A DNA stretch of 64,000 bases from Craspedostauros australis (lineage: Eukaryota): contig JALAGF010004376.1 of NCBI GenBank assembly GCA_030167865.1, positions 1-64,000 of the forward strand, read 5' to 3'. Each line of letters starts with the position of its first letter. Position 1 is the stretch's first letter. The notes beneath the pieces were generated by a model. It did no database searches and was not told the origin of the DNA. It worked only from the letters and a program-made list of their open reading frames with translations. A program made the position numbers and the translations under genes. This document shows, in pieces, positions 11,907 through 23,458 of the stretch.

Positions 11907-12391
11907 ATGTTCCGAACAATCTTCCTGATCGCCCTCCTCATCGCGGCAGCCTCCGCCTTCGCCCCGGCCACATTCGGTGTCCGTGACACCAACACGTACG
12001 TCAATGTTATCGTCAATGTTAGCATCAATGTTAGCGTCAATGTTAGCATCAACATCGTTGACTGGCACGGTGATGTCTGTGATAGGACGTCCTCTGAAAG
12101 GCAGTGGGCCATCACTCCATCACATCAACTAAATGCTGACCATGCTCTTCTTTCTATTATATTATCTTCCCTCCACCACATCCATGCACGCATGTTCCAC
12201 ACACGTAACACCACAGCGTCTGCTTCGCCAAGCACGTCAATGACAAGGCCGCGAAATGGGCCAAGTCCAAGAGACCACGCAAGTCTCGCCCATCCGACAT
12301 CAACAGAAAGCCAATCATCTACGAGCTCACATCCATCGAGAAGCCACCGGAGTACATCATCTCCGATGAGCCAGCTGTCAAGGCGGATTAG
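11907..12391 (+). CDS. Small plastid-targeted basic protein resembling plastid-specific ribosomal protein 6 (PSRP6/cL38); exons 11907-11995 and 12217-12391 (87 aa)
   Basis: Exon 1 MFRTIFLIALLIAAASAFAPATFGVRDTN carries a perfect ASAFAP motif. After a phase-2 intron (gtacgt...ccacag), exon 2 reads TVCFAKHVNDKAAKWAKSKRPRKSRPSDINRKPIIYELTSIEKPPEYIISDEPAVKAD*. This resembles the PSRP6 RP(R/K)K..P.D..RKP..Y core. The spliced product is absent from the ORF track. Confidence 0.75.
12001..12052. repeat. 12-bp tandem repeat (tcaatgttagca/cg) x4 in the intron of the PSRP6-like gene
   Basis: tcaatgttatcg-tcaatgttagca-tcaatgttagcg-tcaatgttagca-tcaa. Confidence 0.85.
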
Positions 12392-12717
12392 ACTGGACTA
12401 CGTACGTACGCACGATGCCATAGAATGCTCCACTCTGCAATACCATGGTGTAGTCACACTATTGTGGCGCAACTGTAAACGAATAGGGTAAACGCAATCA
12501 TCAAACGCACGAAACAAACCAACACTGCGTAAAGTAGTGCACTCTACTCTCTCTCTCTCTTTCTAGATCAGTTGGCCTTCAAGCGCACTTGCTCTCCGCT
12601 CCCTTCTCTCGAGAGAAAGAATATTCGAAGTTCCTATTGCAGAAGAGTTGTTTGAAGGCTGCTCTACTCGCGGTTGCTTTACCAGATCTTATCATTCCAT
12701 CACCATCGCCACCCTTA

Positions 12718-14779
12718 TCAATGATTCTTCGCCTTCTCCAGCAACTCCGGAATGTCCACCGAGAAGACACGGTCCATCTCCTTCACCAGCTTCTTGTCCA
12801 GCTTGGGGAATTCGCTCAGATCCTTGATCTCCAACAGGGCCTGCTTGAAGGGACCGATGGGCGGAAAGTCACCTTTCGGCAATCCGTACCGCCGCGCCGC
12901 GGCCGTGAACTCCGATTCCAACCGCCCGATCAACCGACGTTGCTTCTCCTTCCTTCCGAACGTGTACGGCAGCTGCTTGCGCAGGTAATGAATGATGTAG
13001 GCGTGCACCTTCACGCTGCGGGCGCGCTTCACCAGCTCGTTGATGCGACGCATCACGGCCTGCTGCGGCAACCGCATCACATCCTGCAGCAGATCCATCT
13101 CCTCGTTCTGCAGCAGCTCGGCCTGCTCCGTGCACTGCAGCGGGGCGTCCCAGAACGATCCCATGTACACGCGGCACACCTCGGGGGTGTTCATCACCTT
13201 GCCCAGCGACCACATCAGCGCGCCGTACACGCGCATCAGCTGCTGCGTGGAGATGCTGTCGGCTTTGTTCAGCACGATGCGGACCTTGTCCAGGTGCGGG
13301 ATGAACAGCTCCATCACGCGCTTCAGCTCGTCTGAGATGTCCAGCTTGTTCGCGTCGAACATTATCACCACGAGATCGGCGCGTTCGCCGAACCATTTCA
13401 TCACGCCGTCGTAGTCGTAGTTTCGGGAGCGCTGCTTCTGTCCGGACAGGATGCCCGGCGTGTCCACTAGCGTGATGTTGTGCAGGATGGGCATGTCCAG
13501 CTCCACGCCTTCGAACCGGGACAGAAAGTTGTTGCCGAATGGGCCCAACCCCGTGAAGGGACGATCCAGCTGGGAGCACAGCGCCGCCCCTGGCACGATC
13601 TTGTCGCTGTGGCCCCACAGCACGGACGTGAACCGGTCCGTCGTTGGTTCTGGCCCCACACGGATGCCGGGAAAGTCTCGTCCGATCAGGTACCGAATAA
13701 ACGAGGTCTTTCCGACGCTGCTCAATAAGTTGTAGGGATGGATGGTGGCGGTGAGGTGGTTAGTGTCGAATATAGTATTGCACGTGTGCATGTATGTGGG
13801 GTGCAATCACAACAGTCATGATTGCATTGGCGTCAACAGCAAGCAGCGCCACTGACACTGACACAGATATCGCTATCATCGTAGCTATAGCCATTATGAC
13901 GGCCATCATCACGGCCATCAACACACACGCACACACAAGTTACAAACACACCCACCTGTACTGCCCCAACAATAGAACCATCGGCGGCGCGACGAAATCA
14001 CTCGACGACAAAGGCGGACTGTGAAAGTGGCCGTACTTGGACGACTTCTCCAACGGCAGGATCTTCTTCTTGTACAGCTTGGCGAGTCCCTTGAGAATGT
14101 ACTCCTTGTCGAAGTCGGTCATGTCCATGGCGGCATCCTTCGTCGAGCCCGCATTCTCCGCCCAATCCATCCCGGACGATGCAGCCGCATCTTCGTCCAT
14201 CTGAGATGTGGGCGGGAACGGAGGCTGATCGTGATGATGGTGAGGAGGAGGTGGCGCATCATCGTCATACATCATGCCATGCTGATCGTAACTGCCCGGT
14301 GGCGGTGGCGGAGGGCTGTCGTAGTATTGCGATTGCGATTGCGACGACTGCGGATGTGGTGGGGGCTGTTGCTGACTGTATCCGCCATGATGCTGCTGCG
14401 GGTGCTGCTGTTGCGGTTGTTGCTGACCGTACTGTGGCAACGGTGGCGGGCCCATGTCATTGGAGTAGTGCGGAGCATCATGGTCGTCGCCGTCATCCCC
14501 GTACGGGAGATCATGGGGTGGCATCCCGTTGCCGTAATTGGGATTGCCACGAGCATTCGTGTACCTCTGATCATCGTGATCCGATGGTGGACCGCCAGGA
14601 CCGTTCGAAGACCCTCCTCTCAATCTGCGGAACCATCCATTCAGCGCACTCAGACCATGCAATCCGTGATGGCTCTGGTGTTGCTGATGTTGATGCTGGT
14701 GGTGGTGTCTGGCATCGCCCCTTTGCGCGCCGAGTGCCACGACCAGAGCGACATAAAGAAGGATCTTGGATTGCGACAT
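12718..14779 (-). CDS. EHD/RME-1 family dynamin-like ATPase with an N-terminal signal peptide and no EH domain (sarcalumenin-like architecture); exons 14779-13956 and 13717-12718 (~607 aa)
   Basis: The splice AG|gtgggt...gagcag|C rebuilds the P-loop PMVLLLGQYSVGKTSFIRYL. Other motifs: GPEPTTDRF, VDTPGILSG, IVLNKAD, LMRVYGALMWSLGKV..TPEV.RVY. The protein stops right after the helical domain. An upstream in-frame ATG at 14887 is an alternative start. Confidence 0.9.
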
Positions 14780-15772
14780 CGCTCTGGATCTTGTGCTTCC
14801 AGAGTTGCACATCATCTCTTCTTCGTCTTCTTCTGTTGTCGACCCAGATGGATAGTGAAGATCCTTCTTTTTCAAGAAGATAGGCACAGATTCTCTGTGT
14901 TGGGGAGAGTAATACGAGCTACGTTGATTCCTTCCCTTCCTGGGCCAGATGGTGCACGCGGATGATGGAAGCCAGGATCACCCCTGCGCAATTCCAAGTA
15001 TGGTACGGCTAGTCGTAGGTATTCTATGCACTTGCGATAATAAGATTCCTCCAGACACTCTCTGGATCAAGTGTCAACCCTCTCTTGATCTGTTTTGTGG
15101 ATGGATTGCGACTTTGATGATGCGCAAAATGGTGACCCATCAATGACGAAACGTGTGGGATTGGTCGCTGGCCGTTTCGTTTTGAGACGTCGCAATCCCA
15201 TCGTTTGAATCGGATGATTCGTTCCTCCACGCGTCTTTTCTCGATGTCTGTCGTACCATCCATGTTTCCCGCCAAATGACTCAAATTGCGGGAGCCATGT
15301 ACTCGTCGTGCGTAGACCAAATCGATCTACGCAAACAAGTCCATCAATCAATCCACTACAATCACAGCATGTTCCTCTCAATCATTCCAAATTGCGATGC
15401 TCCTCCAATCCAACAATGCAATGAAGATCAGGATGGTTTGCGACTGACACTTTCGTTGAATGCCTGAGCAATATTCTTTGACAGAGATCGGATCATACCA
15501 AAACCAACAACAAGCCATCCACAAGGACGCTCAGCGCTTCAGTTTCATGAAGTTAGAATACATACGAGTGCGAGTATGTATAATAGTATTGTCGAATTCT
15601 CTCACGTTTCTGTTGCTGTGATTGTACTTGGGATTCTTTGATTGGCAGCTCTCACAACCATCGGTGTCGTCAACTGCTGCTGCTGCTGCTGCTGTTCCTC
15701 CAGAGGTTTCACACATCATCGTTCTGCGCCTCCCTCTGCTTCTGTTTGTGTTTCTGCTCCTGATCCAACTTC

Positions 15773-17113
15773 TCACCAAAACACCTTGACGTAGACAACG
15801 AAGATGAGGACGCCGAAACCAAGGACCATGGGTGCGAATTGTTGCACCCTCGCCTGCCATGTCAATTTGCGCGCACCCCATTTGAATCCGCTGGACTGCT
15901 TGAGCAGATCCTTGCTGATGTTCTGCACGTTGTCCAGCTTCTCTCCACGATCCAGAATGTCGTTGATGTTCTTCTTCATGATGTTCTGGATCTCGTTCAG
16001 GTCGTCGCTGAGCTTTGATTTCTGCTGCCGTTCGTCCTGAAATTCGCGTTGCTTGCGCTGCACGACGGGATCGTAGTGGATGAACCGGAATGGCCGCTCC
16101 GTTGTGTCAATCTCCGCGCGCCACTGTGAATCAAGAGAGTGTAAAATGTGGAGCGGGAATGGTCGTGAACACGAACACGGCAATTGAAGACAGGGTAATT
16201 GAAGACATGGTGAGCATTGTGGGAGAATGGAATGGAATTGAATTAAGCATGAATCACATGCGTAGTAAGCAATGCAAAGAGAAATGTTAGATTGCAAGCA
16301 CCTGGTTGCTCAGGCAGGGAGAATGAAAGACTCAGGCACAACACAACGATTGTTGCATTCGATTGTGCCTACACAGTCGCCTTCGCATGCACGCACACTT
16401 GCATACCCCCGGAACTCACAGCGTTTCCAAATTCACCGACGAGCTCGTTGAGGATGAGGTCCGCCACTTCGTCCATATACAGAAAGGAAAGCCGCTTTGG
16501 ATAGCGAGATTCCGTCATCACCAGAAAGCACAGTGTGTCGCGGGACATGTAGTAGAACACTCGGTCGCCAGACACGATGGACATCTTGTTGGGAGTTCTG
16601 CAGCAATCATGAACATGTTGTGCGTGGATTGTGCATGCATGCATGCGGATGTGCATTTGTTGTCGTTTCGTCATGATGATGATGATGATGATGATGATAA
16701 TGATGAAATGGAAAGGCAGGAGAGTTGGGTGAAAGGAGATGGATCAAGGCGTGTGTTAGTGCATCCATCCAGTCACCACAAGACTGGCAACCCCAGAAGC
16801 AATGGCATCTGCCGCAATCGCACAGCCTTGATTGGCCAGACGTGGTATGGAGCATCAGCATCAGCACCAGCACCAGCAAAGGGCCAGTACCAATGCCGGT
16901 GCTCCACAATGCAGACTGGTCATTGCAGTGACTTCAAACTGAGACGTAAAGTGCACATCCCACCAGGACGTACCCATGTGTCAACTTCCTCAGGATTTCC
17001 TTGGCTTCCTTCTGATGAGCGTTGGTGACCGCGTAGCCAGGCGAGGGAGTCTGCGTTGCCACCAACGGGAGGCCGTCGCTCAGTCTCGCGACTTGGGTCA
17101 TCAACGGAGGCAT
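15773..17113 (-). CDS. SEC22: Sec22 longin R-SNARE; exons 17113-16974, 16597-16420, 16123-15773 (222 aa)
   Basis: Motifs MPPLMTQVARLSDGLPLVA, YPKRLSFLYMDEV..EF, ERPFRFIHYD, R-SNARE IMKKNINDILDRGEKLD and a C-terminal TM. Both introns are GT-AG with consistent phases (2, 0). Confidence 0.95.
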
Positions 17114-17640
17114 GATTTCTCAATGTGTTCTTCGAATTGTCGTTGCAGCGGCAATTGTATTAGTATGTATTATATAATATTATATAATACTTGGGATCGT
17201 GCTTGTGGCGCAGAAGACTCGGTATGCGATGCTTGATGGAGGCAGTTCGCGGGATGTGTTCAATGCGTCATGAATGAGATGGAGCGCACCCACACAGCAG
17301 CAACAGCAACAACAACAGCAACGACAACAGTGGTGGTGTTGCGCAACAGGCGAAGATTCACATGGCGTCTCGGCTGTTGTTGGTATTTTGGTCATTGTGT
17401 GACTCAGCTTTGTCATCTCGCAACGGGACTCGGCATCCCAATACGACTGCTGCAATGGACCCTTTCCTTTCGCTGTACTTGCCTCCCTCGGCCACCCATT
17501 TGTATGTCCATCATCTATAATACTTTCAATAAGCATGGTATATTCCCTTAACAACCTTCCTATGCATTCTGATGTAATAGAGCAGAGTCGAGTCGAGCAG
17601 AATGGAGCATGGTATCATGCTTCGATTGATGTCCATTTTC

Positions 17641-19243
17641 TCAAGCCACAGGCACAAACTTGTGCTCAAATGTACCCTCGCAGCGAACACCAGCATTAAC
17701 ATCACCATTACCATCACCATCACCATCGCTGCCGTTCGTCCCATGGCTTCCCCCAACATCAACGATTCGTATGCCCTGCACGTTCGGCTCCGCTGCATCT
17801 TCCGACGAGCTTGTGCTCTTCAACAAGACGGACAATGAACCCGTGACGATCATGTCCATCCCGAATGAGGTCTTGGCAACCCAGTTCTGATGAAAGTGAC
17901 CGCAGAAAGCTGCCTTCACCTTGTGCTTGCGGAACAGATCCATGTACACCATGCGATGTCGTTTCGGCATGACGAAGTAGCTGTCGGGGATGTCCCAGAA
18001 CTCCGTCTTGCTTCCGGGGGCAGGGATTCGGGAATGTCCGGTGAGATCCTTGGTTTCATCCTCGTCCTCATGAAACAGGAACCACGGATGGTGGCTGAAT
18101 ACGAAGATGTGACGCGCATTCTTCTCGGTGGCATACGCCAAGCGCTCCTGCAACCACTTGAGCTGATCCTGATACAGATCTTCCGCTTGCGAATGGTTGG
18201 CTATCAGCGTCGAATTCAGCGCGATGTTGTAGGTGCCATTGGCCCAGAATGCGAGGTAGTCATCACCGAAGGCATTGCTGAATCTGGTGATGCTGTCCTT
18301 GGTGGGAGTATTGCCAACGTCATGATTGCCACATAAACACACCTGTAGAGCAGAGGAGTTTGAAGCAGGAATCGAAATCGAAATCGAAAGGACAAAGCGT
18401 CGTTGGTTGAGCAAGTACAATATGAGTGCAGACGAGCATTGAAGAGCCTCACATCGGCTGTTGGTGAAATGGGTTGGAAGGCCACGAGTCTCCTGGCTTG
18501 CACCGACCACACCGGAATCAACAGCTCTCATTCCATAGCATCCCACCCTGAAGCATTGTATCGAACGAGCATGACGTTGCAACATGTGAATATGCGAGTG
18601 CACATACACATATGCACACGCATATGCACACACACATATGCACACACGCATATGCATATGCATATGCCAGACTACTCTACGCGCTCACCAATACAATGTC
18701 ATCGTTCAATTCCGTCCAAGTCTCCTTCAGATCTTGTTGCTGCGTCTTCTGTATATCATCGCACTGCTGCTGCGTGTAGGTGTCATCGTTGGCATAATAG
18801 CTGCGATCCATGTGCACAAGATCGCCGCAGATGCAGCAGAATGACGGCGCCGGATCCAGCTGATTGATGCATCGCACGGCACGTCGCGAGTACTCCAGCT
18901 CCGAGGACCAATCCGCATTGTTTGTGCGCATCCCCAGCTGCGTATCCGCGCAGACGACGAAGCGATGGTGCTGCCGCTTTTCGTTGGCATCGTCATCCGC
19001 ATCGGTCGGTGGTTGCAGAAGCTTCGGATGGATCAGTCTGCGATCACGCTGGGTGCTGGCGAAGCGATTCATCGTCGGCGATCTTTGAAATGGCAGGAGT
19101 GGATCGTACCCCGTGTCGTTGTCGTTGTTGTCGTTGTCGTTGTTGTTGTCAATGGCGGTGGCGACGACGATGACGATACTGGAGATCGTTGATGGGGTCG
19201 ACGGTGCGCAAATGATGAGTGCAAGGATACATCGGTAGATCAT
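17641..19243 (-). CDS. Calcineurin-like metallophosphoesterase, CPPED1-like; exons 19243-18689 and 18342-17641 (~418 aa)
   Basis: Motifs ADTQLG, ICGDLV, CGNHDVGN, FSHHP and CGHFH are present. The phase-0 intron is TTG|gtgagc...ctacag|GTG. The N-terminus is hydrophobic. Confidence 0.88.
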
Positions 19244-20690
19244 CCTGTTCCTCCTCTTCCTTGTCTTCTTCGCCGCTCGTCGACCATGACACACACGACG
19301 ATTGTCGGAAGGAGAATCATGAAGAACAACCATGAAGGGAACAACGAAGATTCGTGTTCAATCGTGAGAAAGTCAGTCCAAACACGCACATGCTGCTTTC
19401 TCCATCCATTGACCACTTCGACCATCTGACATCATTGAAGCCATCGCGTTAACGGCTGTTAACCGTACTTATCGCCAACACCCAGTCAGCACGTCTCGCG
19501 TGATGGATCCATGATTGGAACTGAAATTGAGAATGCGAATGTGTGTGTTTCTTGTGTTGGATGGAGGGATGTCTGGCTGGACTGAAACTGATGCCAACAG
19601 AGACAGACAGAGAGAGAGAGTGACCATGTGAATCGGAGCGTTGATGTTCAGTGAGGCCAATACTATACTCGATACTGGGAACGATCCTTTCTGTTTGTGG
19701 AGAGTGTTCTGTGCGGAGGGGAGGTCGTGCGAGCAATCTAACACGGCAAAGGAAAGGCAAACGCAAAGGCAAACGCAAAGGCAACGTCTTGATCTTATCG
19801 GTTGAAGTGTACTCTGCTGAGGCGAAGGAAGTGGTGATCAAAGAAGAAGGGGCAAAGGCGGAGCTTGAGAACACCGTGAACTCATGCGCCTTGTTCTGGT
19901 CAACAGCAGCAACAGCAGTAACAGCAGTAGCAGAAGCAACAGCAGTAGCAGGGAGAAAGGCAGCACATGGTCACGTTGACGCGCAGACAGAGGAGGAAAA
20001 GGAGGAGGAAGAGATCATTGCGTTGAGGGCGATCTCCACAGAACACATCGATTGATCATCCACATCGCCGCGCTTTGGTTGATACGCTGTCCATCATTGG
20101 TGGTACAAGGCGACAAGGCATGCCGCAGTCCTCGTTGCGGCTGTTCAGTACGTGCACAGCACACGCGTGGAGCAGGTGGACTTCTGGACTGACGCGCGCA
20201 CATGCCAACACGATACTTGTGCGATTGCAGAACTAGTCGTACCATACCATTCCATACTCGTCCACCTACTCGCACTCGTCCTCGGACAACACAGATACAG
20301 CTACAGATACAGCTACCATAGGCAGTACTGTCACCACTTGACTTGAGTTCATTTGATTGGCTTGGCTTGGCTTGACTTGGGTTGGGTTGGGTTTCACTTG
20401 ATTCAAGTCGACGGCATCAACACGATCACCGCAATCGTTTCAACCGACGCGCTGGAGTACGAGTCGACTGCATACTGTGTGGTACTCTGGAGAGTGCAGC
20501 AGTTGCATTCATCGAATACGACATCCACAGACACACACACACACACACACACACAGAGAGAGAGAAGGATTGAGCGCACATAACTTCGGCTGGATACGAA
20601 CATAATTTCCAGCATCCACACTTTTGCACAACACCGGCGCATCTGTAACAGGAACAGCCACAGCTGACATACCCCACGCAATTTGCCAAC

Positions 20691-22886
20691 ATGTCTGGGA
20701 TGCGCCACATCAACGACTTCGGTACCGTCGGTGCCGACTTGGAGGCTCGCGAGACGAAGCGTCTGCACTTGGAACAAACGATCCAGCGGTTGCGCACTAC
20801 CCTCAAGACGAGGTTGCAAGCAGATAAGGATCATGGCCAACGAGCCCGTACGCTTCCAACAATGCGCACTGGTGTTGCGACGGCGTATCAATCCCAAACG
20901 AAGATGCAGACGACCGCAACGACGTCCGCTCTGGCGACGAGCACCATACTGCTGTTCAACGAAACATGCAAGGAAACACGCAATGATCGAGACTGCAGCA
21001 CCACAGAGGCATCTCCTCATGATGACCACACTTCCAACACTTCCACGATCCCGTCCGACACCATCGTCAGCAGCAGGGGCACAGATCAAAGCGTTTGCGA
21101 AGACTTGGAACTCCTCAAGCAACGGTTGAAGCTCGTCAAGACGCGGATGGGTGGTCTGACAACGACGTCGTCACAAGGTTCACCATCCCCAGAGCATCGC
21201 TCTCTTCAGCAATATCAGGAGCGGCAACACCAGCAACGGCGACAGCAGCAGCAGCACAATCAGCAACAACTACTACCATCGCAGCAATTGCAGCACCGGC
21301 GCCTCTCGCCACCACGGATTGCATCCAGAGCATTTCCCAACACCTCACCCAACACACCGCAGCTGCAGGTGGAGCTGTACGAAGCGAGACAGTTGCTATG
21401 CCACAGCCAAAAGACGTACGCGGAAGAAATCAGGACGCTGCGCAAGGCTGCGATGGAGCAGCTGGATCATCTGGAGGGCCGGTTGGAAGTCAAGGATGAG
21501 CAGGTCGAGTTCTACGAGTTCAAGCTGCGCAACCGCGAACGCGAATTGGATACGATGAGGGAAGAGCTGCAATCCAAGGCCCGCAGGGTCACGGAGCTCG
21601 AGGTGGAATTGGAGACGCACAACTTGCGGTACCTCTCAGAACGCAACAACGCTCGGATTCTGGAGTACGTCAATTTTGAAGACGCGTCGGACGGAGAGGT
21701 CGCGTCATCGCGTTCCGTCAGCAACCGCATCACCCAGACCTACATCAAGAAGCTGCAAGCGGATCTGGACGAGATGGAGCGCAAGTACGTCCGCGAGAAG
21801 GTGGACGGCGCAGTGCGCGTGGCCACGCTGGAAACGCAGGCCGCCAACTACGAGACCAAGGTACAGTCGTTGCAGCAGCATTTGGACGCGTATCGGCGCT
21901 ACGACGAACACGGTCAGTATCAGACGGATATTCATCTCCGCGATTACCGCAACAAGGTGCTTCCCAGCACCATCCAAGCCCCCGACCCACCTCTGGATCA
22001 CCTATCGGCCAATCGAGCACTGCTTCCCAGAACACCGCAGCCATATGCGGTCCCTCACAACAGCAGCATCAATAGTACAAGCGCCAGTGCCAGTGGCAGC
22101 ATCAGTATTGAGAATGAAAACGACGAGCATGCGTTGATGCAGCCCTCCACGATCCTTCCCAGCCTGAACTACATCAAGCAACGTTTGGAGCTGCTGGAGA
22201 TGGAGAACATCAACTACCGCGGACGCGTGAAGGAGCTCAAGACGGCGCTGGAAGATCAGCGACGGACATCACGTGAGTACAAATCCACAGTGGAGCGAGA
22301 CCTCGCAGTTTCGCAACGGGAGAACAAGGCCCTGGAGGCACAGATCCAGGCGATGGAAACGGACCTGAGCTTCGCGTACGGTGAGATCGACAGCGTGGAA
22401 GTCGAGCGGCGGTGCGCGCGATTGGACAAGCAGATCGGGGAGAGCACGGCGGATATCCTGAGCCTGGAAGACCAGCTGTTTGCCAGGGACGATCAGATTG
22501 CCAACCTCCGTTGTCAGCTGATCGATCGCAAGGTGGCAGGGGTGAACACGGACATGGACGTGGACGTGGAAATGGAAATGGCCATCGAAGCGTCTTCAAG
22601 CGCAGACGCAACGGATACGAAGACAGCGAGCCCGAAGCCGCAGCATGACGATCACGCATCAGGTGGAACGTCGGACGAAACCGTATCCTCGTACATATTG
22701 GAGATGCAGGGTCAGCTGCGGGATTGCCGCAAGGATCTATCATCCAAGGAGACCGAGCTCTCCAAGCTGCGGGCGTACTACGCCAGCAGGGTCGCCGATT
22801 TGCAGATATCGTCCGCAACGACTGTCAATCGGAAGCTGGGATTGGCCCTGTCGAAGCAACCGGATGATGCCATGTTCTTTTTATGA
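20691..22886 (+). CDS. Long coiled-coil protein of unknown function (731 aa or longer)
   Basis: 731-codon ORF with coding-like GC3 and extensive E/L/Q/R heptads. An in-frame acceptor (taacag|GAA at 20652) suggests a possible unidentified upstream exon. Confidence 0.75.
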   Translation: MSGMRHINDFGTVGADLEARETKRLHLEQTIQRLRTTLKTRLQADKDHGQRARTLPTMRTGVATAYQSQTKMQTTATTSALATSTILLFNETCKETRNDRDCSTTEASPHDDHTSNTSTIPSDTIVSSRGTDQSVCEDLELLKQRLKLVKTRMGGLTTTSSQGSPSPEHRSLQQYQERQHQQRRQQQQHNQQQLLPSQQLQHRRLSPPRIASRAFPNTSPNTPQLQVELYEARQLLCHSQKTYAEEIRTLRKAAMEQLDHLEGRLEVKDEQVEFYEFKLRNRERELDTMREELQSKARRVTELEVELETHNLRYLSERNNARILEYVNFEDASDGEVASSRSVSNRITQTYIKKLQADLDEMERKYVREKVDGAVRVATLETQAANYETKVQSLQQHLDAYRRYDEHGQYQTDIHLRDYRNKVLPSTIQAPDPPLDHLSANRALLPRTPQPYAVPHNSSINSTSASASGSISIENENDEHALMQPSTILPSLNYIKQRLELLEMENINYRGRVKELKTALEDQRRTSREYKSTVERDLAVSQRENKALEAQIQAMETDLSFAYGEIDSVEVERRCARLDKQIGESTADILSLEDQLFARDDQIANLRCQLIDRKVAGVNTDMDVDVEMEMAIEASSSADATDTKTASPKPQHDDHASGGTSDETVSSYILEMQGQLRDCRKDLSSKETELSKLRAYYASRVADLQISSATTVNRKLGLALSKQPDDAMFFL

Positions 22887-23458
22887 AGACGTCACGACCG
22901 CGGCGCTCGATTCGCTTGCTGGCGAGGCGAAGCGAGGTGGATTAGGGGGGATGTTTTGGATGCGGTTGGGCATTCACAGCATCAGTACGTAGGGGGAGAG
23001 ACAGGGATAGAGAGACCGAGAAGCACAGAAATAGGAACAACACCATACTCGTCCGAATAGTAATACTATACACATACGACTACAAGCGCCATTCATGCAT
23101 TCAACAACAAGCCATGGCTGCTGTCGTGTGGACCCGAAGCACTGAAACATCTGCATGAACTTCGTGCACATGGCAGCATCAGCCCAATGGTCGGCGGATT
23201 CGTGATGCCATGTACTTTCGTCGCATTCCAACGTGCATCATGTTCGATAGGTGTTCGAGTAGAGCAGAATGCCACTCTATCATTATAATTGTGTGCTGGA
23301 GTGGGATGCAGTATTGCTATGTAGAGTCCTGCTCTTATATATTCTATTGTATTCTGGGTTCATCCATTCCTTGTTGACATCCGTTCCCCTGCTCTCTTTC
23401 TCCACCAGTGCTCGTAATACGTCCTCCAGATTGTCTGGCTTTAGCACCGGCATGCTAC

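Noticed and set aside
19651-20055. ORF with KGKR repeats and E-rich stretches, as a gene or first exon of the coiled-coil gene
   Set aside because: No ATG start, repeat-driven composition and no convincing donor in the right phase.
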